Part shown: positions 19,603 through 31,192 of the stretch, one piece after another
Numbering within the stretch: the first letter of the stretch is position 1
Layout of the letters: each line of letters begins with the position of its first letter
Source of the DNA: Anaerolineales bacterium
GTDB taxonomy: Bacteria; Chloroflexota; Anaerolineae; Anaerolineales; UBA6663
Direction of reading: 5' to 3'
Assembly (NCBI GenBank): GCA_020845955.1
Contig: JADLEU010000364.1
Coordinates: forward strand, 11,958-75,957
DNA: 64,000 bases
Made by a program: the position numbers and the translations under genes
Notes under the pieces: generated by a model
What the model was told of the DNA's origin: nothing
The model's database searches: none
What the model saw: the letters and a program-made list of their open reading frames with translations, nothing else

Positions 19603-20322
19603 ATGCCTCCATCGTTGATTGCGATTGACGGTCCAGTGGCCTCGGGCAAGTCTTCGATCGGCAAGCGCCTGGCCGACAAGCTGGGTTATCTGTTTTTCGA
19701 CACGGGCGTGATGTACCGCGCCGTGACCTATCTGGCCCTGCGGCAGCTTGACCGCGCTGACGACCCGCGCGCGGTCACCGCCCTGGCCCGGCGCGTGCGT
19801 ATTGACGTTCTGGCGCCCACCGTGGCCGACGGCCGCGACTGCACAGTGTTGGCGCAGGCCGCCCCCGCCGGTGACACGGCTGCTGGCGCCGCGCCGGCGG
19901 CCGAGGACATCACCTGGGCCATCCGCGGTCGAGAGGTGGAGGCCAGCGTTTCGCTCGTGGCCGCGATCAGCGCGGTGCGGCAGATCCTGACTGAGCAAAT
20001 GCGGCGCGTGGGCTTGCGCGGCCGGGTGGTCATGGTGGGCCGCGACGTGGGAACCGTTATCCTGCCCGAGGCCGACCTGAAGGTCTTCCTCACGGCGTCG
20101 GTCGAGACGCGTGCCCGGCGGCGCTACGAGGAGGTGCTGGCCCGCGGCGAAACGCGGCCTTTCGCCGACATCCTCGACAATCTCCGCGAGCGCGACCGGA
20201 TCGACTCGTCGCGGGCGATTGCCCCGCTGCGCTCGGCGGGCGATGCCGTCACTCTGGACACGACCGATATGACGATTGACGATGTGATTGCGGCCGTCGA
20301 GGCGCTGGTCGTGGCCGGCTAG
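19603..20322 (+). CDS. cmk: Cytidylate kinase
   Basis: IAIDGPVASGKSS, FDTGVMYRAV, VMVGRDVGTVILPEA, RDRIDSSR; ATG 19603 preferred. Confidence 0.95.
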   Translation: MPPSLIAIDGPVASGKSSIGKRLADKLGYLFFDTGVMYRAVTYLALRQLDRADDPRAVTALARRVRIDVLAPTVADGRDCTVLAQAAPAGDTAAGAAPAAEDITWAIRGREVEASVSLVAAISAVRQILTEQMRRVGLRGRVVMVGRDVGTVILPEADLKVFLTASVETRARRRYEEVLARGETRPFADILDNLRERDRIDSSRAIAPLRSAGDAVTLDTTDMTIDDVIAAVEALVVAG

Positions 20323-20339
20323 CGCCAGCGGCTGGCCGC

Positions 20340-21014
20340 ATGACGCTCAAGCCTGCTCTCAAGCCATCCGCTCGCCGCGCTCGCTTCTTTGGCGGCCTGG
20401 CCCGCTGCCTGGCTCGCCTGCTAATCCGGTTGACCGTCCACGGTCAGGATCACGTGCCTCCGGCAGGCCCTCTGCTAGTGACGATGAACCATCTCGGCGG
20501 GGCTGATCCCGTGCTCTGCCTGGGATATGTAGAACGGCCGTTAACGATTGCCGGCAAGGCCGAGATCATGCGCTGGCCTGTGCTCGGCGCGCTGGTCCGC
20601 GGGTATGGCATGATCCCGCTGCGGCGGGGCGAACCCGATCGGGCCACGCTCAAACTCCTGCTGGGCGTGCTGGAAGGAGGCGGGGCGCTGCTGATTGCGC
20701 CTGAAGGCCGCGAGAGCCTGTCTGGGGCGCTGGAGGCCGGCAAGACCGGCCCGGCCTTCCTGGCGCTGCGGGCCGCCGCCGCCATTCTGCCCGTGGCCAT
20801 CACCGGCACAGCCTGGCGAGATGTGCTGCCCGCCTGGCGCCGGCTGCGCCGGCCGCGAGTTACCCTGACCTTTGGCCCCTCCTATCACTTGCCGGCCGGC
20901 CTCCCGCGCCGCGCCGCGGCCGACGAGATCATGCGCCGCATCGCGGCGCTGCTACCGGCCGAGTATCGCGGCGTCTACGCTGGCGAGCCACGCCCCGATG
21001 AACCCGCCGGATAG
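20340..21014 (+). CDS. 1-acyl-sn-glycerol-3-phosphate acyltransferase (PlsC family)
   Basis: NHLGGAD (HX4D) and APEGR motifs. Confidence 0.9.
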   Translation: MTLKPALKPSARRARFFGGLARCLARLLIRLTVHGQDHVPPAGPLLVTMNHLGGADPVLCLGYVERPLTIAGKAEIMRWPVLGALVRGYGMIPLRRGEPDRATLKLLLGVLEGGGALLIAPEGRESLSGALEAGKTGPAFLALRAAAAILPVAITGTAWRDVLPAWRRLRRPRVTLTFGPSYHLPAGLPRRAAADEIMRRIAALLPAEYRGVYAGEPRPDEPAG

Positions 21015-21210
21015 CTTCTGGCTCGCTCTGGATCGCCTGGCAGCGCTCAGCGCCGCCGTCATCGATGACCAGCGCGGCTCAGCCCATCGGCGTTCTCCTT
21101 AACGGAGCGACCCACTGGATTAGGGCGGTCTGGCCGGCCGGCGGGCCGCCGGCCGGCGCGGAGATCGATGTCTGGGTTGGGAGCGCGCTCGGCCTAGAGG
21201 GGTCAGCTTG
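20998..21210 (+). pseudogene. Decayed small inorganic pyrophosphatase-family gene
   Basis: MNPPDSFWLALDRL..VIDDQRGSAH, stop TAA 21100, PLD-TAG-G (PLDYG expected), then a +1 frameshift into AEIDVWVGS. Confidence 0.7.
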
Positions 21211-21226
21211 TAGTAAGATAACACGT

Positions 21227-21976
21227 ATGGCAAACGATGAGTTGGCAAGGGCCTTCCCCCAGCAGGCCCGGCGCGCGGGCTATGACCACGCCCGGCTCGA
21301 GCCGCGGCGGCGCGTGCTGCGCTGGATGATCGACAACATCGGTTGGCGCTTCTTGGCGCGCGTCGACCGCGCCCGCCTGAGCGGCCTGGAATACCTGCCT
21401 GCGACCGGCCCGGCGATCCTGATGATCAATCACATCGCCTTCATCGATCCGATTGTGGTCCTGGGCAATCTGCCGCGCAACGCCGTTCCCCTGGCCAAGG
21501 CGGAAGTCTACCGGATCCCGATCTGGGGCATATTTCCCAAGTTGTGGGACGTCATCCCGGTCCATCGCGAAGAGCTCGATCGCCGCGCCCTGGAACGAGC
21601 GCTGCAGGTGCTGGCGGCCGGTGAGTTGCTGCTGATTGCGCCGGAGGCCACGCGCCACCCGGCGCTGGGTCCGGCCCGCGAGGGCGTCGCCTATATCGGC
21701 CACAAGAGCGGCGCGCCCATCCTCCCGGTCGCGATCGAAGGCACCCCCGGCTACCCGACTTGGCTGGGCCCCTGGAATGCGCGCAAGCCCGGCGCCTGGT
21801 TTCGTCTCGGGCGGCCATTCCGCTACAAGCCCGCCACCGGGCGGCTGCAGCGCGAGCGCTTGCGCCTGATGACCGAAGAGGCCATGTACCAATTGGCGGC
21901 CTTGCTGCCCGCGGAGCGCCGCGGGTATTACACCAGCCTGGCGCGGGCAAGCACCGAGACGATTGAGCTGCTGTAA
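21227..21976 (+). CDS. Second PlsC-family lysophospholipid acyltransferase
   Basis: NHIAFID and APEATR motifs; ATG 21227 lies 7 nt after TAAGAT. Confidence 0.9.
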   Translation: MANDELARAFPQQARRAGYDHARLEPRRRVLRWMIDNIGWRFLARVDRARLSGLEYLPATGPAILMINHIAFIDPIVVLGNLPRNAVPLAKAEVYRIPIWGIFPKLWDVIPVHREELDRRALERALQVLAAGELLLIAPEATRHPALGPAREGVAYIGHKSGAPILPVAIEGTPGYPTWLGPWNARKPGAWFRLGRPFRYKPATGRLQRERLRLMTEEAMYQLAALLPAERRGYYTSLARASTETIELL

Positions 21977-21981
21977 GGCCG

Positions 21982-22983
21982 ATGAAAGCGTTGCTGCTGG
22001 CCAGCCTGGTCACTCCCGACGATTTGCGCCTGGCCGACGTGCCCATGCCTGAGCCGGCGTCTGGCGAGGTGCTCGTGCGGCTGCGGGCGGCGGCGCTTAA
22101 TCACCGCGACCTGCACATGTTCAACTTCGAGCCGGAGCGCGCCTGCATCCTGGGGTCGGATGGCGCGGGCGTGGTGGCGGCCGTTGGGGCAGGCGTCACC
22201 GGCTGGACGCCGGGCGCCGAGGTGCTTCTGAACCCCTCCCTCCAGTGGGGCGATCGCCAGGATACCTATGGCGCGGGCTGGTCCATCCTGGGTTGGCCGC
22301 GCGACGGCACGCTGGCCGAGGCGATTGCGCTGCCCGCCGAGTGTGTCTTCGCCAAGCCGCCGCACCTGAGTTTCGAAGAGGCGTCGGCGCTGCCCCTGGC
22401 GGGGCTGACCGCCTACCGCGCGCTGGCCGCGCGCGCGCGTGTCGGCGCGGGCGAAACCGTGCTGGTGCATGGGATTGGCGGAGGCGTGGCTTTGTTTGCC
22501 CTCCAGTTTGCGCGCGCCCTCGGCGCGCGGGTGATGGTCACCTCGACCTCCAACGACAAGCTGGCGCGCGCTCAGGCCCTGGGGGCTGAGCTTGGCGTCA
22601 ACTCGCGGACAGTGGATTGGGCGGCCGCCGCGCGGGATTGGACGGGCGGGGCAGGTGTCGATGTGGTGGTCGAAAGCCTGGGGGGCGACTACTTCGCCCG
22701 CAGCCTGGAAGCCCTGCGGCTGGGCGGGCGGCTGGTGACGTTCGGCCGCACGGTCGACACGCGGTCTAACATCGATCTGCACCTGTTGTTCTGGCATCAA
22801 CTCTCGCTGCTCGGTTCCACCATGGGCAGCCCAGCCGACTTCGCCAGAATGCTGGCGCTCGTCAGCGAGCACCACATCCGTCCCGTCATTGACTCCGTGT
22901 GGCCGCTGGAAGACGGCTGCCACGCCTTTGAGCGGCTGGCACAGGGCAAGCAGTTCGGCAAGATCGTGCTCACCTGTGCTTGA
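21982..22983 (+). CDS. Medium-chain dehydrogenase / NADPH:quinone oxidoreductase
   Basis: AAALNHRD, GSDGAG, VHGIGGGVA, QFGKIVL. Confidence 0.9.
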   Translation: MKALLLASLVTPDDLRLADVPMPEPASGEVLVRLRAAALNHRDLHMFNFEPERACILGSDGAGVVAAVGAGVTGWTPGAEVLLNPSLQWGDRQDTYGAGWSILGWPRDGTLAEAIALPAECVFAKPPHLSFEEASALPLAGLTAYRALAARARVGAGETVLVHGIGGGVALFALQFARALGARVMVTSTSNDKLARAQALGAELGVNSRTVDWAAAARDWTGGAGVDVVVESLGGDYFARSLEALRLGGRLVTFGRTVDTRSNIDLHLLFWHQLSLLGSTMGSPADFARMLALVSEHHIRPVIDSVWPLEDGCHAFERLAQGKQFGKIVLTCA

Positions 22984-22992
22984 GGCCGTCGC

Positions 22993-24477
22993 GTGACGCT
23001 TCCCGGACCTGCCCCCCAACGCCATTCTGGCCTGGTCCAGGCGGTTGCGCCTGATACGCTGGCGGCCGGCCTGGGGCTGCGGCCTGGCGATGCGCTGCTG
23101 GCCGTGAATGGCCAGCCTGTCGAAGATGTCATTGATGTGCAGTTCTATGCGGCCGAGGACGTGGTGGCGCTGGACTTCGTGCGTGACGGTGCTCGCCAAA
23201 CGGTTCGCGGCCCGCGTCGGCCCGGCCAGCCGCTGGGCCTCGAGTTTGCGCACCCCACCTTTGACATCGACATTCGGCGCTGCAACAACCTGTGCCCGTT
23301 CTGCTTTGTTCTGCAGACGGCGCCGCGGATGCGCCGGACGCTCTACATCAAGGACGACGACTACCGCTATTCATTCCTGTATGGGCACTTTGTCACCCTG
23401 ACCAACTTGAGCGACCGCGACTGGTCGCGGATCGAAACGCAGCACCTCTCACCGCTCTATGTCTCGGTTCACTCGACCGACCTGGCCAATCGCCGCGCCT
23501 GCCTGGCCAACCTCGCTGCCCCCGACATCCTTGCCCAGCTGCGCTGGCTCGCCGCGCGCGGGATTGAGATGCACACGCAGCTCGTGATCACGCCTGGCCT
23601 CAACGACGGCCCCTGGATGGAGAAATCCATCCGCGATCTGGCGGGGTTCTACCCGGCCGTCCGATCGGTCAGCGTGGCGCCCGTGGGGCTGACGCGCCAC
23701 CATAAATACGGATTCCGGCCACACACGCCGGAAGAGGCCACGGCGGTGTTAGCGACGGTCGAGCGCTGGCAAGCTGAGTTCGTCCAACGCTGGGGCGTGC
23801 GCTTCGTGTATGCCACCGACGAGTGGTTTCTCGTGACCCGGCGCAGCGTGCCCCCGCGCCGCTGCTACGACGGCCTGGATTTGACGGAGAATGGCCTGGG
23901 CATGGTGCGGGCCTTCCTGGACGATTGGCGCAAGGTGAAACGCGAAATCCGCGGCCGGCCAGGCGGGTCGCCGCCCGCGGCTGCTGCCGCCCGGAAGCGC
24001 TCGGCGGCCTCCGTTGGCCGGCCGCGGCGAGCTCGATTGGCGCGCCGGCCGGCGACGCTCGTGACGGGAACCCTGTTCGAGCCCAGCCTGCGCCGCGTGA
24101 CCGATGAGTTCAATCGCCTGACCGGCGCGCGCCTGAGGGTGGTGGGCGTGACGAACGAGCGCTTGGGGCCCACCATCACCGTTGCCGGCCTGCTGATGGG
24201 CGCGGAGGTGTTGGCCCAACTGGGCGGCCAGCAGCTGGGCGAGTTTGTGGTGCTGCCGCGGGTGATGTTCGATCACCCCCAGGGCATTAGCCTGGACGAT
24301 GTGTCGCCCCTGACCATCGCGCAGGGCTTGCGCCGGCCCGTGTATTTGGCTGACGCGATGGGAGATGTGCTGGATGCGCTCGCCGGCGCCAACCCGCTGC
24401 GCATTGATCCCGATGCGGATGCCATCTCGCCGGAAGTCATGCGGGCCGGCGGCTGGGCCGTGGAGAAGTATCTCTAA
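22993..24477 (+). CDS. PDZ + radical SAM + DUF512 Fe-S oxidoreductase
   Basis: N-terminal PDZ-like GLRPGDALLAVNG; CNNLCPFCF cluster motif; KDDDYRYSFLYG; ENGLGM; ITVAGLL. Confidence 0.88.
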   Translation: MTLPGPAPQRHSGLVQAVAPDTLAAGLGLRPGDALLAVNGQPVEDVIDVQFYAAEDVVALDFVRDGARQTVRGPRRPGQPLGLEFAHPTFDIDIRRCNNLCPFCFVLQTAPRMRRTLYIKDDDYRYSFLYGHFVTLTNLSDRDWSRIETQHLSPLYVSVHSTDLANRRACLANLAAPDILAQLRWLAARGIEMHTQLVITPGLNDGPWMEKSIRDLAGFYPAVRSVSVAPVGLTRHHKYGFRPHTPEEATAVLATVERWQAEFVQRWGVRFVYATDEWFLVTRRSVPPRRCYDGLDLTENGLGMVRAFLDDWRKVKREIRGRPGGSPPAAAAARKRSAASVGRPRRARLARRPATLVTGTLFEPSLRRVTDEFNRLTGARLRVVGVTNERLGPTITVAGLLMGAEVLAQLGGQQLGEFVVLPRVMFDHPQGISLDDVSPLTIAQGLRRPVYLADAMGDVLDALAGANPLRIDPDADAISPEVMRAGGWAVEKYL

Positions 24478-24498
24478 CGCCGCGGGGAGCCCAGATGC

Positions 24499-24526
24499 TT
24501 GACCGCGCCGGCCTGCCCGATATAAA
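24499..24526 (+). promoter_or_regulatory. Putative sigma70 promoter of the glmS leader (TTGACC-N16-TATAAA)
   Basis: -35 at 24499-24504 and -10 at 24521-24526, about 90 nt upstream of the ribozyme. Confidence 0.55.
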
Positions 24527-24618
24527 CTTGGGGCGCTCGCAGGAGCCACGGCGGACATCTATCCTGGGCGCCAACCGGCGCTGAAAGGAAGGGCCACTCA
24601 CACTCAACGGGGAAAGCA

Positions 24619-24823
24619 AGCGCATGGCCTGGCTGCCGCGCAATTGGGCGCCAGGTGACGAGGAGGCGGTTCCTGCCGTGGGGCAGTGCTAACTGGCAGC
24701 TGCCAGGAAAAGCGAGGTATCAGCGGAAGCCGCCGAGGGCAGCCACAGCCCTCAACTTTTCCCCCAGAGAAGCGCGCTGTACTAACCCTCCGGGCGACCG
24801 GGGACGAACGAGCGCGCAGTGGA
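24619..24823 (+). ncRNA. glmS riboswitch-ribozyme (GlcN6P-activated)
   Basis: A^GCGC cleavage motif 24619-24623; P1 24627-33/24650-56; GACGAGG 24657-63; P2 24665-71/24728-34; core GCGAGGUAUCAGCGG; P3 24735-40/24748-53; P3.1 CCAC/GUGG; P4 GCGCGC/GCGCGC; P4.1 with GCGA tetraloop; lies upstream of glmS. Confidence 0.9.
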
Positions 24824-25040
24824 ACAACCAGGGCAAGTCGGCAGCGCGCGATTTCCCGCCGGCCCAAGCGGGTCGCCGGCAGCGCGCTGGCTGCGCACCA
24901 TCCCTGGGGCAGCAGACGACAAACAATCTGATTCGCCAGGCGCGGCGGTCGTGGCAACCTACCCCAGCGCCATCGGGCGGGGGTGACCATCCAGCCGTGC
25001 GCCTGGCCCACTCTGGCGGCTTCGCCGGGAGGCTAACACC

Positions 25041-26939
<1,899 letters not shown>

Positions 26940-27042
26940 GGGCCGGCCGCGGGGCAGGGCATCCGCAGCGCGCGATGGACACTCCGCTTCCCAACGCGCT
27001 GTTAGGCCTGGCGCTGGCTGTCGCGGCACCTCAGGCGCAAGC

Positions 27043-28473
27043 ATGCCCGCGCGCCACGCCTATGACGCTATCGTGGTTGGCGCTGGCCCGAATGGCTTGG
27101 CGGCCGCCATTACCCTGGCGCGCGCCGGCCGAACAGTGCTGGTGCGAGAGGCGCACACGGCTGTCGGCGGCGGGACGCGTTCGGCTGAGCTGACCCTGCC
27201 GGGCTACGTCCACGACATCTGCTCGACGATCCATCCGCTGGCGCAGATCTCTCCATTTTTTCGGCAGATCCCGTTGGCCGATCACGGCCTGGAGTGGGTC
27301 GTTCCCCCCGTGGCCGTGGCGCATCCCCTGGACGATAGTCCGGCTGTCCTCGTCGAGCGCTCGGTCGAGGCCACGGCCGAGACGCTCGGCCCAGACGCAG
27401 GCGGCTACCGGCGGCGGATGCGGCTGATCGTCGACCATTGGCCGGCGCTGGCCGATGATCTGCTCGGTCCGCTGCCCCTGCCGCCTCGCCATCCATTGCT
27501 GTTGGCCCGCTTCGGCCTGAATGCCGTGTGGCCGGCGGACTTCTTTGTGCGCTGGCGCTTCACTGGCCGGCGGGCGCCGGCCCTGTTCGCCGGCCACGCG
27601 GCGCATTCGATGCTCCCGCTCGACGCGCCGCTGACCGCCGCCTTTGGCCTCTTGATCGGGGGCTGGGGGCATGCCGTGGGCTGGCCGATAGCCCGCGGCG
27701 GCTCGCAGCACATCGCTGCCGCGCTGGCGGCCTATCTGCGCCAGCTCGGAGGCGAGATCGTCGTGGCCGCCCCTGTTCAAAGCATAGACGAGCTGCCTCC
27801 AGCGCGCCACATGCTGTTCGATGTAACGCCGCGACAGTTAGCGCGGTTAGCCGGTCACAAGCTCCCCGCCCGCTATGTGCGCAAGCTTCTGGCCTATCGC
27901 TACGGCCTGGGAGTCTTCAAGGTGGATTGGGCGCTCGACGGCCCCATTCCCTGGCGTGATCCGACCTGCGCGCGGACCGCCACGCTGCACCTGGGCGGGT
28001 CCTATGACGAAATCGCCGCATCGGAAAAGGCTGCCTGGCGCGGCGAGCACGTGGACCGCCCGTTTGTGCTGCTCGCGCAGACCTCGCTGTTCGACCCGAG
28101 CCGGGCGCCCTCCGGGGGCCAGACGGCCTGGGCCTACTGCCACGTGCCACATGGTTCCACCCTTGATCGAACCGAGCAGATCACGGCGCAGGTGGAACGG
28201 TTTGCCCCCGGCTTCCGCGACCGTATCCTGGCGTGCAGCGTAAAGAATACCGTCGCGCTCGAGGCCTACAATGCCAATTACCTTGGGGGCGATATCAACG
28301 GCGGCGTGCAGGATTGGCGGCAACTCTACAGCCGCCCCGTGCTGCGCGCTGTGCCCTATTCCACACCCAACCCCGCGATCTACCTCTGTTCCTCGGCCAC
28401 GCCACCCGGCGGCGGCGTGCACGGCATGTGCGGCTACCACGCCGCGCGCGCCGTGCTGCGCGCCAACCGCTGA
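27043..28473 (+). CDS. Phytoene dehydrogenase-like FAD-dependent oxidoreductase
   Basis: VVGAGPNGLAAA, HDICS, WAYCHVP, GGDINGG, TPPGGGVHGMCG. Confidence 0.88.
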   Translation: MPARHAYDAIVVGAGPNGLAAAITLARAGRTVLVREAHTAVGGGTRSAELTLPGYVHDICSTIHPLAQISPFFRQIPLADHGLEWVVPPVAVAHPLDDSPAVLVERSVEATAETLGPDAGGYRRRMRLIVDHWPALADDLLGPLPLPPRHPLLLARFGLNAVWPADFFVRWRFTGRRAPALFAGHAAHSMLPLDAPLTAAFGLLIGGWGHAVGWPIARGGSQHIAAALAAYLRQLGGEIVVAAPVQSIDELPPARHMLFDVTPRQLARLAGHKLPARYVRKLLAYRYGLGVFKVDWALDGPIPWRDPTCARTATLHLGGSYDEIAASEKAAWRGEHVDRPFVLLAQTSLFDPSRAPSGGQTAWAYCHVPHGSTLDRTEQITAQVERFAPGFRDRILACSVKNTVALEAYNANYLGGDINGGVQDWRQLYSRPVLRAVPYSTPNPAIYLCSSATPPGGGVHGMCGYHAARAVLRANR

Positions 28474-28879
28474 AACCCGCGTCCCGATCGCCAGAAAATG
28501 CGCGCAGGCCCCCGCGCCTACGGTTGAGTCAGCACCAGTCCCGCAGTCAAATCAGCTTACATTGGCCGAATGCTCGCACCGTCGCACCCAGCATACGGTT
28601 GTTCCTGAGCCCTTTTCCCCGGGCCAGTGTGTCTATTTTGAACGCGACCGCTCGGTGGAAGAGCCAACCCACATCGGCCTTGGCGGCCTGTTGTGCCTGC
28701 GCGGCCATGCCTTGGAAGTGCGCGCCCAAGAGGCGGCGCTGACCGCGGGCGGCGCCTGGTTGAACCTCACCGTCGACCATCCTGAGCCGATGTTGAACTA
28801 GAGGAACGCCCTCAGCCTGCCCGGCGCCGGGCCGGTCTTGGACCGCGTGGACAGCGCCGGCGCCCGGGCGCGCCGCTGA

Positions 28880-31192
28880 TTACTCGCCTTCCGGCGCGGT
28901 CGGGGAGACCAGCCGGGCGCCCAGGGCCGAATAACGATTGGGGCCGCGGTTAGTAGCCAGCGCCACTTCGACGGCGCGTCGCGAGCCAACCAGGACGCAC
29001 AGCCGCCGAGCGCGCGTCACGGCCGTGTACAGCAGTTGGCGATAGAGCATGATGGCGTGCTCGGTCAGCAGCGGAATGACGACGGCTGGATATTCGGAAC
29101 CCTGCGCCTTGTGAATACTGACGGCGTAGGCATGCGCCAGGTCTTCCGTTTCCAGCCAGTCGTAGGCAACGATTCGCCCGTCGCAGTCGAGGCGCAACGC
29201 CTGGTCGTTTTCGTCGATCTCGATCACGTAGCCGATCTCGCCGTTCGAGACCTCGCGCTCGTAATCATTGCGCGTGATCATGACCTTGTCACCCACGCGG
29301 AAGGTGCAGCGCGGCAGGACGCGCTCCGCCTTGTGCCGGGTGGGTGGATTGAGCACAGCCTGCAAGCGGGCGTTGAGCTTGTCGATCCCGGCCCGGCCCT
29401 TGTACATCGGCGCGAGCACCTGCACATCGCGCAGCGGGTCGGATAGGCCCAGGTTATTCCCGAACTGCTCCGGAATGCGCTGGCAGGCAATGTCGACGAC
29501 CAGGTCGGCCGCCTCCAGGGCGTTCTTGGCGCTGAACACGTAGAAGTCGCAGTCGCGCTGCGGCGTGAGCGGCCTCAGGCCCTGGTTGATGCGGTGCGCA
29601 TTGGTGACGATCAGGCTGCTCTGCGCCTGGCGGAAGATGCGCGTCAGCCGGGTCACGGCCGCCAGGCCCGAGGCAATCACGTCCCGTAGCACCATGCCAG
29701 GGCCAACCGCCGGCAATTGGTCCACATCGCCGACCAAGACCAGGTGCGTGCCAGGCTGCAGCGCAGCCAACAGCTGGCGCGCCAGGACCAGATCCAACAT
29801 GCTGGCCTCATCGACCACAACCACGTCGGCCTGGATGACGTCGCTGGAAAACTCATCGCCGCTGTACTTCAGCAGGCGGTGAATGGTCCAGGCCGGGTGG
29901 CCGGTGGCTTCTGCCATGCGCCGGGCGGCCCGGCCGGTCGGGGCGACTAGCGCGACCCGGAAACGATACAACTCGAGCAGGGCCACCAGCGACCGCAGGC
30001 AGATCGTCTTGCCGGTGCCCGGCCCGCCTGTGATCACGCTCAGGCGGTGGTCGACAGCCCGCCGGATGGCCAGGCGCTGCTCGGCCGACAGGTCTGACTG
30101 CCCAGCCATCGACGCGGCCCAATGGATCTGCGCCTCGGTCAGCTCCGCGCGCAGGGCCGCGAGCGCCGAGTTGGGATGGTGTGCCAGCGCCCGCAGGCGG
30201 ACCGCTGCCTCGGCCTCGGCCCGGTGCAGCGGGGCCAGATACACTGGGTTGTTCTCCAACCCCAGCCCTGTCTCGATGATCAACTCTTCGCCGCTAGCGG
30301 CCAGGGTCTCCACCATCTCGTCCAGCGGTGCGCTCGGGACGTCCAGCAGTTGGGCAGCAGCCTCGACCAGCATTTCACGCGGCATGTAGCTGTGCCCCTG
30401 CTCGGCAAAGGTTTCCAGGGCGTGCCGCAGCCCGGCGGCGAGCCGGTCTGGCGCCTCCCGCGAAACCCCCAATTGCGCGGCGATGCGATCGGCGCTCCGG
30501 AAGCCGACGCCGCCAACTTTCACCAGCCGATAAGGCTCAGTCTGAACGACGTGACCGGCCGATGGCCCCAGTGCTTTGTGGATCTTGAGGGCCAGGTTTG
30601 GCGGCAGGCCCTGGCCCTGGAGAAAGACCATCAGACTGCGCACTTCCGCCTGCTCGGCCCAAACCTTGCGGATGAGGTCGACGCGGCTGAGGCCGATGCC
30701 TGGGACGTCCAGCAGGCGCTGGGGAGCCTGGGCGATGACGTCGAAGGTCTGCTCGCCAAACGTTTCGAGGATGGCCGCCGCCAGGCTGGGGCCGATGCCG
30801 CGCATCAGGCCGCTGGCCAGGTAGGCGTGCATCCCGCTCAGGGTCGTCGGCAGCTGCACTTTCCAGCGGTCGGCTCGGAACTGGCGGCCATGCAAGGGGT
30901 GCTCGGTCCATTCGCCCGCTACCCAGAGCTGCTGCCCGACCTCAACGGAGGCGAAGTCGCCCACGACCGTGATGATCTTGGGCAGCAAGTCGTCTTCGAT
31001 AAAGCTGGTTTGCCGAGGGCGGGTGTCGGCCGAGCCATTGCCCGACTCCGCGTCGGCTCGGCTGGCGGCGCTGATCAGCGGTGCGGTGATCTTGAGGCGA
31101 GGCTCACGATCGGGCGCCAGCCGCAAGATCGTATACGTCGTCTCTGGATTGCGGAACACCAGCCGCGTTACGCTGCCGGCAACCTGTTCCAT
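28880..31192 (-). CDS. recD2: ATP-dependent RecD-like DNA helicase (RecD2, SF1B)
   Basis: N-terminal OB and HhH regions; GGPGTGKT, VDEASM, GDVDQLPAVGPG, YAVSIHKAQGSE, LYTAVTRAR. Confidence 0.95.
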   Translation of the reverse strand: MEQVAGSVTRLVFRNPETTYTILRLAPDREPRLKITAPLISAASRADAESGNGSADTRPRQTSFIEDDLLPKIITVVGDFASVEVGQQLWVAGEWTEHPLHGRQFRADRWKVQLPTTLSGMHAYLASGLMRGIGPSLAAAILETFGEQTFDVIAQAPQRLLDVPGIGLSRVDLIRKVWAEQAEVRSLMVFLQGQGLPPNLALKIHKALGPSAGHVVQTEPYRLVKVGGVGFRSADRIAAQLGVSREAPDRLAAGLRHALETFAEQGHSYMPREMLVEAAAQLLDVPSAPLDEMVETLAASGEELIIETGLGLENNPVYLAPLHRAEAEAAVRLRALAHHPNSALAALRAELTEAQIHWAASMAGQSDLSAEQRLAIRRAVDHRLSVITGGPGTGKTICLRSLVALLELYRFRVALVAPTGRAARRMAEATGHPAWTIHRLLKYSGDEFSSDVIQADVVVVDEASMLDLVLARQLLAALQPGTHLVLVGDVDQLPAVGPGMVLRDVIASGLAAVTRLTRIFRQAQSSLIVTNAHRINQGLRPLTPQRDCDFYVFSAKNALEAADLVVDIACQRIPEQFGNNLGLSDPLRDVQVLAPMYKGRAGIDKLNARLQAVLNPPTRHKAERVLPRCTFRVGDKVMITRNDYEREVSNGEIGYVIEIDENDQALRLDCDGRIVAYDWLETEDLAHAYAVSIHKAQGSEYPAVVIPLLTEHAIMLYRQLLYTAVTRARRLCVLVGSRRAVEVALATNRGPNRYSALGARLVSPTAPEGE

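Noticed and set aside
21100-21123. Possible stop-codon recoding (TAA, TAG) in the PPase-like relic
   Set aside because: A frameshift is also required and TAA is not a recoded codon here; decay is simpler
20340-21976. Tandem plsC paralogues as a novel system
   Set aside because: cmk-plsC clustering and PlsC duplication are common
10165-24880. Dispersed CAGACG/CGTCTG motif as a repeat family
   Set aside because: A 6-mer of this composition is expected many times by chance in 64 kb
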